In this document: piece by piece, positions 9,596-17,141 of the stretch
How positions within the stretch are numbered: position 1 is the stretch's first letter
Layout of the letters: the number at the start of each line of letters is the position of its first letter
NCBI GenBank assembly: GCA_965219535.1
Contig: CBDCNV010000001.1
Location: 930,001-962,000 of the forward strand
Direction of reading: 5' to 3'
DNA: 32,000 nt
From: Opitutales bacterium
Lineage (GTDB): Bacteria > Verrucomicrobiota > Verrucomicrobiia > Opitutales > PNEW01
The notes under the pieces: model-generated
Seen by the model: only the letters and a program-made list of their open reading frames with translations
Databases searched by the model: none
What the model was told of the DNA's origin: nothing
Translations under genes and position numbers: made by a program

Positions 9596-11161
9596 ATGGG
9601 AAAGTTAAGTACCGTTAATTCTACGGATATATTAGATGCTATTCGGCTGGGCTGTCAGACGATGAGTAAGGTATTTAATGCGGACGATAATAATATCCCG
9701 TTTTTTGAAGTGGTAGTTTTACCTCAAGCAGGGATGTATTTTTCTTCCCAGCATACTGAAGCACACGTTCCGGGTCGTCACTTGAATGCACTTTTAAATG
9801 CAAGCGCTACGGCGGGTATTAATGTCGATGAACTAACGATTAAAAATCATGCAAATGCGGCCTTTTTTTCTTACAATGGTCCTATCCCCGTCCCCCTTAA
9901 CCGTAACACGATTGACGGTCCCCTCCTAAACTTTGTCCCCCATAATCTTCGGGAAGGATTCCATGCTCTCTATGCTTTAGCCTATTTTCGCAATGATGAG
10001 CGCGCGCTCAAATTAGCTGAAGAGAGTGTTAATGCCATCAGTAAATTATGGAATCCAGATAAGGGATGGGATTATGAATATTTAGAAGAGAAACTGGGTC
10101 TCAATGTGATGAAGGATGGAACCTTTATTACCGGACTCGCTCGATCGATAGGACCCCTTGTCAAAATCTACCGCACTTTGGGAATGGGGTCCGCGATGAA
10201 ATTAGCGATCACGCTCAAAGAAAAAACGGTAAATGAATTTTTTAAAGAAGAGGGAAAATATGATAGTCAGCTATTCGGGGCGCACACGCACTCGACAACC
10301 TGTGTAATGTCATCCTTAGCCCAGTTGGCCGATGTGACTTCAGACACTCAACTCATGGAAAGAGTTCGCGCATTCTATGACCACGGCCTCTGGTTAATTC
10401 GCGATGCCCTTGGTTGGGTAATTGAAACGAGCAATCTCGAAGCCAATCCCGATAAAGGTGAAATTAACAATACGGGTGATATCGTCGAGACCGCACTCAT
10501 TCTGGGGCGTCATGGATACCCTCAATATTACGAAGATGCTGAATGTATATTGCGCGGTCACCTACTTCCATCCCAGTTACGGGATATCTCCTTTATCAAA
10601 GAACCGGATAACCCGGAAAATGAAGACGGGAAACGAAAAATCGCTCGGAGAATACGCGGAGCTTTTGGTTTTCCTGCCCCCTATGGGCATCAACCTATTG
10701 ATTTAGACCTCGTTAAGTTTAATCTGGATATTGTCGGTGGTGGCGTTGACTCTCTATGTGAAGCTTATCGGGAAATTGTCCGGTCTGATGATGGAGGCCA
10801 CAGAGTAAATATGCTCTTTGACTATGAAAATGAAAATGTGGCTATAGAGTCACCCTATACCCATGACCATCTTCGTATAAAAATCAAACGGCTTGGACCC
10901 CTATTCGTGCGAATGCCCTCATGGGTCGATCGCAGCAGTGTGACGGTCGATGGAAATGAAGGCTCGCCGCAAATCAAAAGTGGTTATTTGGAAATTGATC
11001 AACCTCGGCTGAATGAATGGATAAAGATAATATTTAACCTACCGATAAGAGAAATAATATTAGAGCACAGGTGTAGAAATATACAGGTTCGGTTGCGCGG
11101 AGATGCAGTTGTCGCGATGGAAAATTTTGGCGCTGAACACACATTTTTTGATCCTTATTGA
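9596..11161 (+). CDS. hypothetical protein, 521 aa, no family recognised (weak impression of an alpha/alpha-barrel, glycoside-hydrolase-like fold)
   Basis: A long uninterrupted ORF with no signal peptide and normal composition, 81 nt downstream of sdhB. The fold guess is only an impression from helix-rich segments (LREGFHALYALAYF, GAHTHSTTCVMSSLAQLA, GDIVETALILG). Confidence 0.6.
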   Translation: MGKLSTVNSTDILDAIRLGCQTMSKVFNADDNNIPFFEVVVLPQAGMYFSSQHTEAHVPGRHLNALLNASATAGINVDELTIKNHANAAFFSYNGPIPVPLNRNTIDGPLLNFVPHNLREGFHALYALAYFRNDERALKLAEESVNAISKLWNPDKGWDYEYLEEKLGLNVMKDGTFITGLARSIGPLVKIYRTLGMGSAMKLAITLKEKTVNEFFKEEGKYDSQLFGAHTHSTTCVMSSLAQLADVTSDTQLMERVRAFYDHGLWLIRDALGWVIETSNLEANPDKGEINNTGDIVETALILGRHGYPQYYEDAECILRGHLLPSQLRDISFIKEPDNPENEDGKRKIARRIRGAFGFPAPYGHQPIDLDLVKFNLDIVGGGVDSLCEAYREIVRSDDGGHRVNMLFDYENENVAIESPYTHDHLRIKIKRLGPLFVRMPSWVDRSSVTVDGNEGSPQIKSGYLEIDQPRLNEWIKIIFNLPIREIILEHRCRNIQVRLRGDAVVAMENFGAEHTFFDPY

Positions 11162-11577
11162 GATACAGTTTCCCCATAATTTATCACTTGCAGTCCATCA
11201 ATCCCGGAAAATGTAGTTACATTTCGCGTGAGGATGGGCAAGCCATGTTCACGCGCAACGGCGATAAACCAAATATCGTTTGGCTTGAATGAGGGTAGGG
11301 GGTCTCTCAGTTCAGCGATCGCTTGCGCATAAAAATCTAGAGTTTTGTCCGTGGGGACGATGGTGGGAAATTCTTCTATAAAAGGTTGAAAATCCCAAAT
11401 ACTAAAATTGGCATAGGTAACGGCCTTAATGAATTCTCCCTTCGCAAACCAGGGGAGACCGACAATAGCATCGCTATTATCACGGGCAAAGCGAATGGCA
11501 TTGCCTGTTCCCTGCTGTTCTCGCCATAGATCAAGAAGAAAAATAGCGTCACTCAAATAATTAATAGCGAGAGTCAT
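11155..11577 (-). CDS. vapC: PIN-domain (VapC-like) toxin
   Basis: The C-terminal signature NDIWFIAVAREHGLPILTRNVTTFSGIDGL is typical of PIN/VapC. N-terminal acidic strand YLSDAIFLLDL. I prefer the ATG at 11577 (MTLAINYL...) over the track start at 11613. It overlaps the upstream small ORF by 17 nt. Confidence 0.65.
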   Translation of the reverse strand: MTLAINYLSDAIFLLDLWREQQGTGNAIRFARDNSDAIVGLPWFAKGEFIKAVTYANFSIWDFQPFIEEFPTIVPTDKTLDFYAQAIAELRDPLPSFKPNDIWFIAVAREHGLPILTRNVTTFSGIDGLQVINYGETVSQ

Positions 11578-11791
11578 TGCTCCAGCCGTTAGATTTATTG
11601 ATTGCGCTTTCAAAAACTTCTAGCGTCGTGGCATCCGGAGTAGGCAATCGTTGTACCGTCTTTAATATATTTTTAAATGAACCGTGCGTGGGAATCATGT
11701 TTTTGATAACCACTGAAAATGAAACGTTATCATGATGTTTGCACGCAAGAAGCCGTTGATAGGCATCATCTGATATTTCAATTTTCTTCAT
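11561..11791 (-). CDS. small antitoxin-like protein paired with the PIN gene
   Basis: 76 aa, immediately upstream of and overlapping the PIN gene. The N-terminus MKKIEISDDAYQRLLACKHHDNVSFSVVIKNMI resembles the short 'MKTI.I.DE.Y..L...K....SFS.VI' antitoxin family I recall being paired with PIN toxins. Confidence 0.55.
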   Translation of the reverse strand: MKKIEISDDAYQRLLACKHHDNVSFSVVIKNMIPTHGSFKNILKTVQRLPTPDATTLEVFESAINKSNGWSNDSRY

Positions 11792-11962
11792 GTAACAACC
11801 CGGTCAGTTTAATATAAAATATAGCCGAGTTCTCAATTCGCAGCGAGGGAAAATGAAACGGTGGATTATGATTTACTTAAAGTTTACATCTTAATGATTT
11901 TGTCCTATCTTTAAAAATAAATAGAAAATTTTCCTGACTCATCGACAGAAATAAATATCTCT

Positions 11963-12751
11963 ATGCACAGTTATTCTCGTAAAGAGATAGAAAAAAAAAT
12001 CGCGGCTGTTCATTGGTATCACTCCTTTGAAATCGTTCCCGGTATCATGACACCTGGTATTGTTCCCTTTGATGCCGTTAAGATACTTGATATGATACCG
12101 ATAAAAAATTTAGCGGGCAAACGAATCCTCGATATAGGAGCCTGGGATGGTCCACTCTCATTTGAACTTGAGAAGCGCGGGGCTTCAGTGGTTGCCATAG
12201 ATATTCAAGACCCCGAGGTGACCGGATTTAATATCGCAAAAGAAATCCTTCATTCTGAAGTAAAATATATCCATGGCAGTGTATATGACCTTAGTAATCT
12301 GACGCGCGGTCCGTTTGATGTAGTGTTCTTTTTCGGTGTGTATTATCATTTAAAAAATCCGCTTCTTGCTTTTGAAGAAATTGGCAAGCTGTTGAATCCA
12401 CAGTCCCGCCTTTTTTTTGAAGGAGAATGTCTTTTACACTATGCGGAGGATACAGAGGGTAAACCGCGAAAAGATGTAGATATTGAGGCCTTAGGGCGAT
12501 CGTCTTTACCTGTTTCTCTTTATTACCCCGGTAGATATAAAAAAACATCGAACTGGGTAGTGCCCAATTTAAGTTGTATACGTTCCTGGCTCCAGGCAGC
12601 GGGTCTTGAATTAGAAGTACATTATTTAGACAATAATCCGGAAGCATCACCGCATCCTAAGCAAAGAATATCAGGTATAGCTAAACTTGCGGGAAGGGCG
12701 ATAAGCGAAGAACATCCGATTGCCAAACCGGACTCGACCGATAGAGATTAA
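11963..12751 (+). CDS. class I SAM-dependent methyltransferase (DUF1698/CmoB-like N-terminal WYHSFEI motif)
   Basis: 262 aa. WYHSFEIVPGIMTPG is followed by the SAM-binding motif I, ILDIGAWDGPLSFEL, and the acidic loop VVAIDI. Confidence 0.8.
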   Translation: MHSYSRKEIEKKIAAVHWYHSFEIVPGIMTPGIVPFDAVKILDMIPIKNLAGKRILDIGAWDGPLSFELEKRGASVVAIDIQDPEVTGFNIAKEILHSEVKYIHGSVYDLSNLTRGPFDVVFFFGVYYHLKNPLLAFEEIGKLLNPQSRLFFEGECLLHYAEDTEGKPRKDVDIEALGRSSLPVSLYYPGRYKKTSNWVVPNLSCIRSWLQAAGLELEVHYLDNNPEASPHPKQRISGIAKLAGRAISEEHPIAKPDSTDRD

Positions 12752-12864
12752 TTAAAATTTTATTACCCCGGGATCTGCTTAAGCTATCTGAAACAATACC
12801 GATTTTCCCTATAGGCCGACACACCATTTACGGTGACTTCTTGTGAGTCGGAAAGTAGGAGGCA

Positions 12865-13278
12865 TTGGTTCGAATAAAAACAGTAAAGCGCCCTGAGGAG
12901 ACATTTCAGATGGCTCCGATGATCGATATGGTCTTTTTGCTTTTGGTTTTTTTTATGTGCGTGAGCGTATTGGCTCAAGCGGACAAAACTATAGAGCTGG
13001 CCCTGCCTGAATCTTCTGAGAGCGAGGTAGCAGATAGCTTTTCGAACCGAGGAAAAATATCTTTGGATGTGGAAGGAAATATATTCATATCCGCACAGAT
13101 TCTTACGCTGCGAGAAATGCAGAATAAGATAAAAGAGGCTATTAAAATGAACCCTGGCCTGAAAATTCAAATTCGGGCGGATAAAGAAACGCGTTATGAA
13201 AAGATTAAGGAAGTTTTAAAAGCGTGTGCAGAAGTGGGTGCTTATGAAGTTATCTTTTCCACCTACCAATCCAAGTGA
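12865..13278 (+). CDS. exbD: ExbD/TolR-family biopolymer transport protein
   Basis: 137 aa. It has the canonical N-terminal TM segment with conserved Asp: MAPMIDMVFLLLVFFM. The start is uncertain: TTG 12865 lies only 2 nt after an AGGAGG, and the next ATG is at 12910. Confidence 0.8.
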   Translation: MVRIKTVKRPEETFQMAPMIDMVFLLLVFFMCVSVLAQADKTIELALPESSESEVADSFSNRGKISLDVEGNIFISAQILTLREMQNKIKEAIKMNPGLKIQIRADKETRYEKIKEVLKACAEVGAYEVIFSTYQSK

Positions 13279-13301
13279 ATTGAGAAAGAAAAAATCCGGA
13301 A

Positions 13302-13745
13302 ATGGCACGTTTACCTAAGAAAAAGCAACCTGACCCAACAATGCCTTTAGCACCGATGATTGATTGTGTATTTCTACTTCTCATCTACTTCATGGTTTCA
13401 GCTACACTCGAAAGACAGGAAGCGGATATCGCATTTGAGCTCCCCGGTGTGATCGAACAAGAATCACCCATGGAGATGCCTGATGAACAAATAATTGAAG
13501 TTTATGGAAATGGACAAGTGATCGTCAACGATTACAGCTATGATGAACCCAATGCCGCACACTTCGTCGAGTTAGCGGCAATGCTCTCGCGCTTTAAGGC
13601 GGCAAGTGATGCGAACAAGATAGACGCCATCATTACAATCGCGCCAATGGATGATGTGCGCCACGAAGTCATCATTAAAGTCATGGATGCGTGTAATCGT
13701 GCCGGGATTACGATGGTCAACTTCGCTATCAGTGAAGAAGCTTGA
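13302..13745 (+). CDS. exbD: ExbD/TolR-family biopolymer transport protein (second copy)
   Basis: 147 aa. LAPMIDCVFLLLIYFM forms a TM segment with the conserved Asp, followed by a periplasmic domain. It starts 23 nt after the first exbD. Confidence 0.8.
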   Translation: MARLPKKKQPDPTMPLAPMIDCVFLLLIYFMVSATLERQEADIAFELPGVIEQESPMEMPDEQIIEVYGNGQVIVNDYSYDEPNAAHFVELAAMLSRFKAASDANKIDAIITIAPMDDVRHEVIIKVMDACNRAGITMVNFAISEEA

Positions 13746-13829
13746 TGACTTGATTTATCCGAGGGTGTGGCAGTTGGTTTTCTCGTGTTTTGTGTTGCAA
13801 AGAGCTGGACATAAATAGAGGGTGGCGCG

Positions 13830-15251
13830 ATGTCTAAACAGGCACAGTCTACATGGGGAGGACGATTTTCTAAAAAACCGGCGGAACTTATGATGCGGTT
13901 TAGTGAGTCCGTATCCTTTGATCAAAGGTTGGCACCTTATGACATATTTTGCAGCAAGGCACACGCCGCGATGTTATGCAAAATTGGCATCCTTAAAAAA
14001 AGTGAACGGGATGCGATCCATAAGGGGCTCAATAACATTTTACAGAAGATTAAAAAGGGCCAATTTAAATGGAGTGCCCGGTTGGAAGATGTTCATATGA
14101 ATATTGAACAGGCTTTATTGAAGCATACGCCTGCGGCAGCTAAACTGCATACGGCACGCAGTCGGAACGACCAGGTGGTAACCGATATGCGGTTGTTTTT
14201 CAAAGACGCCTGTAATGATATTACCGCCGCATTAGCTAAATTACAGACCGGATTGCTTAAACTTGCCAAAGTAAATCAGGATATTCACCTACCGGCTTAT
14301 ACTCACTTGCAACGCGCTCAACCGATATCGCTGGCTCACCAATTGTTAGCTTATATTGAAATGTTCGACCGTGACCGTTCGCGTTTTAAAATCGTCTTAG
14401 ACAACGCCAATGTTTGCCCGCTTGGATCCGGGGCGGTGGCAGGAACAACGCTGCCCATTGACCGTGATTTTGTGGCAAAATATCTCAACTTTGTTGATTC
14501 CAAGGGACGGCCTCAGCTTACTCAAAACAGTGTGGACGCAGTCGCCGATCGGGATCTGTATATTGAATTTTCTGCCGCTTGTGCTCTTTGTGCCACCCAC
14601 CTCTCACGTATTGCTGAAGATTTTATACTATGGAGTAGTGCAGAATTTAATTATGTAGTGCTGCCGGACACTTTTACGACAGGATCCAGTCTTATGCCGC
14701 AAAAGAAAAATCCGGATTCACTCGAACTTATCCGTGGAAAATCGGCGCGAATACAAGGCCAACTGCAAACCCTGCTGACGCTAGTAAAAGGATTACCACT
14801 CTCTTATAACCGCGATTTGCAAGAGGATAAGCGGCCGGTATTCGATGCCTGCGACGAAACATTGATATCACTTCAGGTAATGGAAAAAGCGCTGGCTAAG
14901 ATTAAGGTGAACCGTGACGTATGCGCTGCCGCGGTTGCTGATGCGAATCTACTGGCAACGGATCTTGTCGATTACCTGGTTGAAAAGGGCGTACCCTTTC
15001 GCGAAGCACATCACGCCGTTGGTCGGCTGGTGGCTCTTGCAGAAAAGCAGGGTGTGGCGATTGATGAAGTGGATACGATACACGCGCGTCGTGTCCACAA
15101 GCTTTTAGATGGAGACTGGAAAAAGGTCTTTGACACGGAATATGCTTTGAAGAAACGCGAGAAAATTGGCATGCCGGGACCTCGTCAGGTAGCGCGTCAA
15201 ATTGACCGCTGGCGCAAACTTCTCAGCGGTGCGGTAGCGGATACGCGTTAA
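13830..15251 (+). CDS. argH: argininosuccinate lyase
   Basis: 473 aa. N-terminal TWGGRFS. Fumarate-lyase family signature [12 protein letters not shown]. Colinear with ArgH throughout. Confidence 0.97.
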   Translation: MSKQAQSTWGGRFSKKPAELMMRFSESVSFDQRLAPYDIFCSKAHAAMLCKIGILKKSERDAIHKGLNNILQKIKKGQFKWSARLEDVHMNIEQALLKHTPAAAKLHTARSRNDQVVTDMRLFFKDACNDITAALAKLQTGLLKLAKVNQDIHLPAYTHLQRAQPISLAHQLLAYIEMFDRDRSRFKIVLDNANVCPLGSGAVAGTTLPIDRDFVAKYLNFVDSKGRPQLTQNSVDAVADRDLYIEFSAACALCATHLSRIAEDFILWSSAEFNYVVLPDTFTTGSSLMPQKKNPDSLELIRGKSARIQGQLQTLLTLVKGLPLSYNRDLQEDKRPVFDACDETLISLQVMEKALAKIKVNRDVCAAAVADANLLATDLVDYLVEKGVPFREAHHAVGRLVALAEKQGVAIDEVDTIHARRVHKLLDGDWKKVFDTEYALKKREKIGMPGPRQVARQIDRWRKLLSGAVADTR

Positions 15252-15319
15252 TGCGTACCGAGGGCGAAACCCCATATTCTCATATGCGGGTATGCGGAAG
15301 AGTGATAAAGGGAAGGGCA

Positions 15320-15630
15320 ATCTTCGTCTTCATCCTCCTAAATATTTACAACAATATTAAGGTGGAAAGCGCTGTCCCTAGCGCGTTTGATATGTAAGAA
15401 ATGAAGAAGCGTGCTAGGGACAGCCCGCTCCACCCTGGGTTGCCAGTTTATGATATAAAATTGGCTAAAATTATCTGGGACGAAGACGAAGAGGCAGACG
15501 AAGACGAAAAGCTTAAAGCTGTACTACCTTCAAACAATCTTCCTCTTCGTCCTCGTCTACGTCTTCGTCCTTAAATTAAACTATCAGAAGTTGTGCAAAA
15601 ATCTTCTCTGACGAAGATGAATATGAAGAT
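15320..15630. repeat. composite palindromic non-coding element: four hexamer tandem arrays in alternating orientation plus a 25-bp-arm hairpin
   Basis: The four arrays are A 15320-15338 (cttcgt cttcat cctcc), C 15479-15508 (gacgaa gacgaa gaggca gacgaa gacgaa), C' 15539-15570 (cttcct cttcgt cctcgt ctacgt cttcgt) and D 15610-15630 (gacgaa gatgaa tatgaa gat). C and C' are complementary at about 26 of 32 positions. A and D are complementary at 13 of 15. The separate hairpin pairs 15361-15385 with 15410-15434 (22 of 25 including one G-T). Confidence 0.85.
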
Positions 15631-15656
15631 CTATATAGTGCCAGCGTGGCAAAGCT

Positions 15657-16358
15657 TTATTTCATCCCGGGGAAATTGCCTCCCTGACCATTCATATTTG
15701 GCATCTCAAATTTATTAAATCCTGCTGGTACTTGGAAGAGTGCGTCCGACACTGTTTTCTCCTCTATGGATTCTGCTGTCATTTGAAATTTAGGATCTCC
15801 CGTATGTGAGTGTTGGATAACTTTAAGCGGAAATATATCCTCATTGGCCATTAATGTTTCCCATCCTTCTTTGGAAGCTGATTTACTTTTACCCATCTTG
15901 CTGATGGGGAAAAATGCTCCCAAAGCCTTAGTGGCCCAAATTTCTGATTCGCTACCATCCTCATTTTTTACGATGTATTGCTCGCAGTTATAGCCGAGGA
16001 TTTCCATCGTTTTACCCGACTTCTCAACATTTATAGAGGGCTTTTGATCTAAATCAGGTGACGATGCCCCTTGAATGCTGTCCAAAGGTGCCTCCATATA
16101 CATTTTCATTTCCTTGATCAGCAAAATCGTCTTATTATTTTCAAAGTCCATTATCGCCACTGCAGATCCTTGCGAGCCACCAGCAATTTCAGTACGGACA
16201 AGTTGATTTTTCAGGAGGTAGGTTACATGAATGTCCGATTTACCATCATTCATTTTAAAAACGATCCTTCCTTCAAATGCACATAAATTTGAGGTCGATA
16301 CGATCAATAAACTGAAGAAAAGAGGTAGATGAAATAAACGATTAATTTTGCGAATCAT
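15657..16358 (-). CDS. secreted DUF4412-like protein
   Basis: The track ORF starts at 16412. The internal ATG at 16358 gives the signal peptide MIRKINRLFHLPLFFSLLIVSTSNLCA. The body (KMYMEAP..., ILGYNCEQYIV, EIWATKAL) resembles my recollection of DUF4412 / LolA-like proteins. Confidence 0.6.
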   Translation of the reverse strand: MIRKINRLFHLPLFFSLLIVSTSNLCAFEGRIVFKMNDGKSDIHVTYLLKNQLVRTEIAGGSQGSAVAIMDFENNKTILLIKEMKMYMEAPLDSIQGASSPDLDQKPSINVEKSGKTMEILGYNCEQYIVKNEDGSESEIWATKALGAFFPISKMGKSKSASKEGWETLMANEDIFPLKVIQHSHTGDPKFQMTAESIEEKTVSDALFQVPAGFNKFEMPNMNGQGGNFPGMK

Positions 16359-16476
16359 AAAGTGGCAAGTATAAGTAAAATAAACAACAAGACAACTTTT
16401 AAACCCCTTCATTTTTTTAGTCGCCCGATACTTTACAGACTTAGATTTGATGCGTGCAGTGATTTGATAATATAAT

Positions 16477-16515
16477 AAAAAACCCGATCCTTATGACGAG
16501 ATCGGGTTTTTTTTT
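16477..16515 (-). terminator. rho-independent terminator (bidirectional design) downstream of the 16536-16976 gene
   Basis: The stem AACCCGATC (16481-16489) pairs with GATCGGGTT (16500-16508). It is flanked by an A-run on the left and a T-run of about 9 on the right, so it reads as hairpin plus U-tract on either strand. Confidence 0.8.
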
Positions 16516-16535
16516 AAATAAGAGTTAAATATTCT

Positions 16536-16976
16536 TTAGCTGAGCGTTGCCTGGTGAAAGCAATACCAGTCATCGAGATTATTTAAATTGACGGCGTCCT
16601 TAATACTTCCGTCATCAGCAATACCGGAATCACTGCAGATGGATGTACGTGTTTCGTCAGCATGAATATAGCCGCTGATCGCGTCATTTAATTCTTTTAC
16701 CGCGGCAGCATCAAGAGAGCCGCCTTTTTTATCGAGGATCCATTTTTCCAATTGGCAGTATGTTGGCTTACTATCTTTAATATAAGCCAGGAACTCATCT
16801 TTATCGAGACCAATCCCATCCAGGACCATAGAATCGAAGCCAGCGCCAACCGCCGGATAATCGTCGGCCAACTGACCCGTGGCATCGAGCGAGGTTTTTA
16901 ACCATAAACGCGGGAGATGTAGGACCCCGAGAGGGCCGGATTCTCCAGAACTGATAAGAGGAACAATTTTCGCCAT
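16536..16976 (-). CDS. conserved hypothetical protein (DUF5069-like)
   Basis: 146 aa. The N-terminal GPLGVLHLPRLWLK matches my memory of the DUF5069 'LPR' motif. A clean terminator follows. Confidence 0.6.
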   Translation of the reverse strand: MAKIVPLISSGESGPLGVLHLPRLWLKTSLDATGQLADDYPAVGAGFDSMVLDGIGLDKDEFLAYIKDSKPTYCQLEKWILDKKGGSLDAAAVKELNDAISGYIHADETRTSICSDSGIADDGSIKDAVNLNNLDDWYCFHQATLS

Positions 16977-17141
16977 TTTAATATATCTTTCTTAAGTTTA
17001 GTTTTTGTTAGATTTAGAAAAAGAGGTCGAATTCAATGTATTCCCCACGCTAGGTCAATAGAATACTTTCGCAGACAGGATAAATGATTCTGAGATCGAG
17101 ATTAAGCGCCGGATTCATCCAGACTGGGGTAAATTTAACGA

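Noticed and set aside
11578-11613. Upstream ATG at 11613 as the PIN gene start
   Set aside because: It would give a 53-nt overlap with the antitoxin and add 12 residues ahead of the first PIN beta-strand. The ATG at 11577 is more typical, but neither start is proven.
12866-12874. GGTTCGAAT, which resembles a tRNA T-loop
   Set aside because: There is no acceptor, D or anticodon arm complementarity around it. It lies at the 5' end of the exbD ORF. I found no tRNA-like cloverleaf in any intergenic region of the window.
12784-13170. 128-aa ORF antisense to exbD
   Set aside because: It lies opposite a well-supported ExbD gene, has odd composition (rich in Cys, His, Tyr and Phe) and contains no motif.
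13746-13829. Possible ARG box (ArgR operator) upstream of argH
   Set aside because: I could not see the TNTGAAT...ATTCANW palindrome or any other clear palindrome in this 84-bp leader.
15401-15574. 57-aa ORF (MKKRARDSPLHPGLPVYDIKLAKIIWDEDEEADEDEKLKAVLPSNNLPLRPRLRLRP) inside the 15.3-kb palindromic element
   Set aside because: Its acidic run and basic/Pro-Leu-Arg run are simply the two arms of the hexamer inverted repeat read in one frame. There is no Shine-Dalgarno sequence, and the ATG sits in the loop of the long hairpin. It is probably not a gene, but ribosome profiling could revisit this.
15320-15630. CRISPR array as an explanation for the short repeats here and at 29083-29337
   Set aside because: The units are 6-8 nt, directly abutting with no spacers, and occur in both orientations. 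No cas genes are present. This is not CRISPR architecture.
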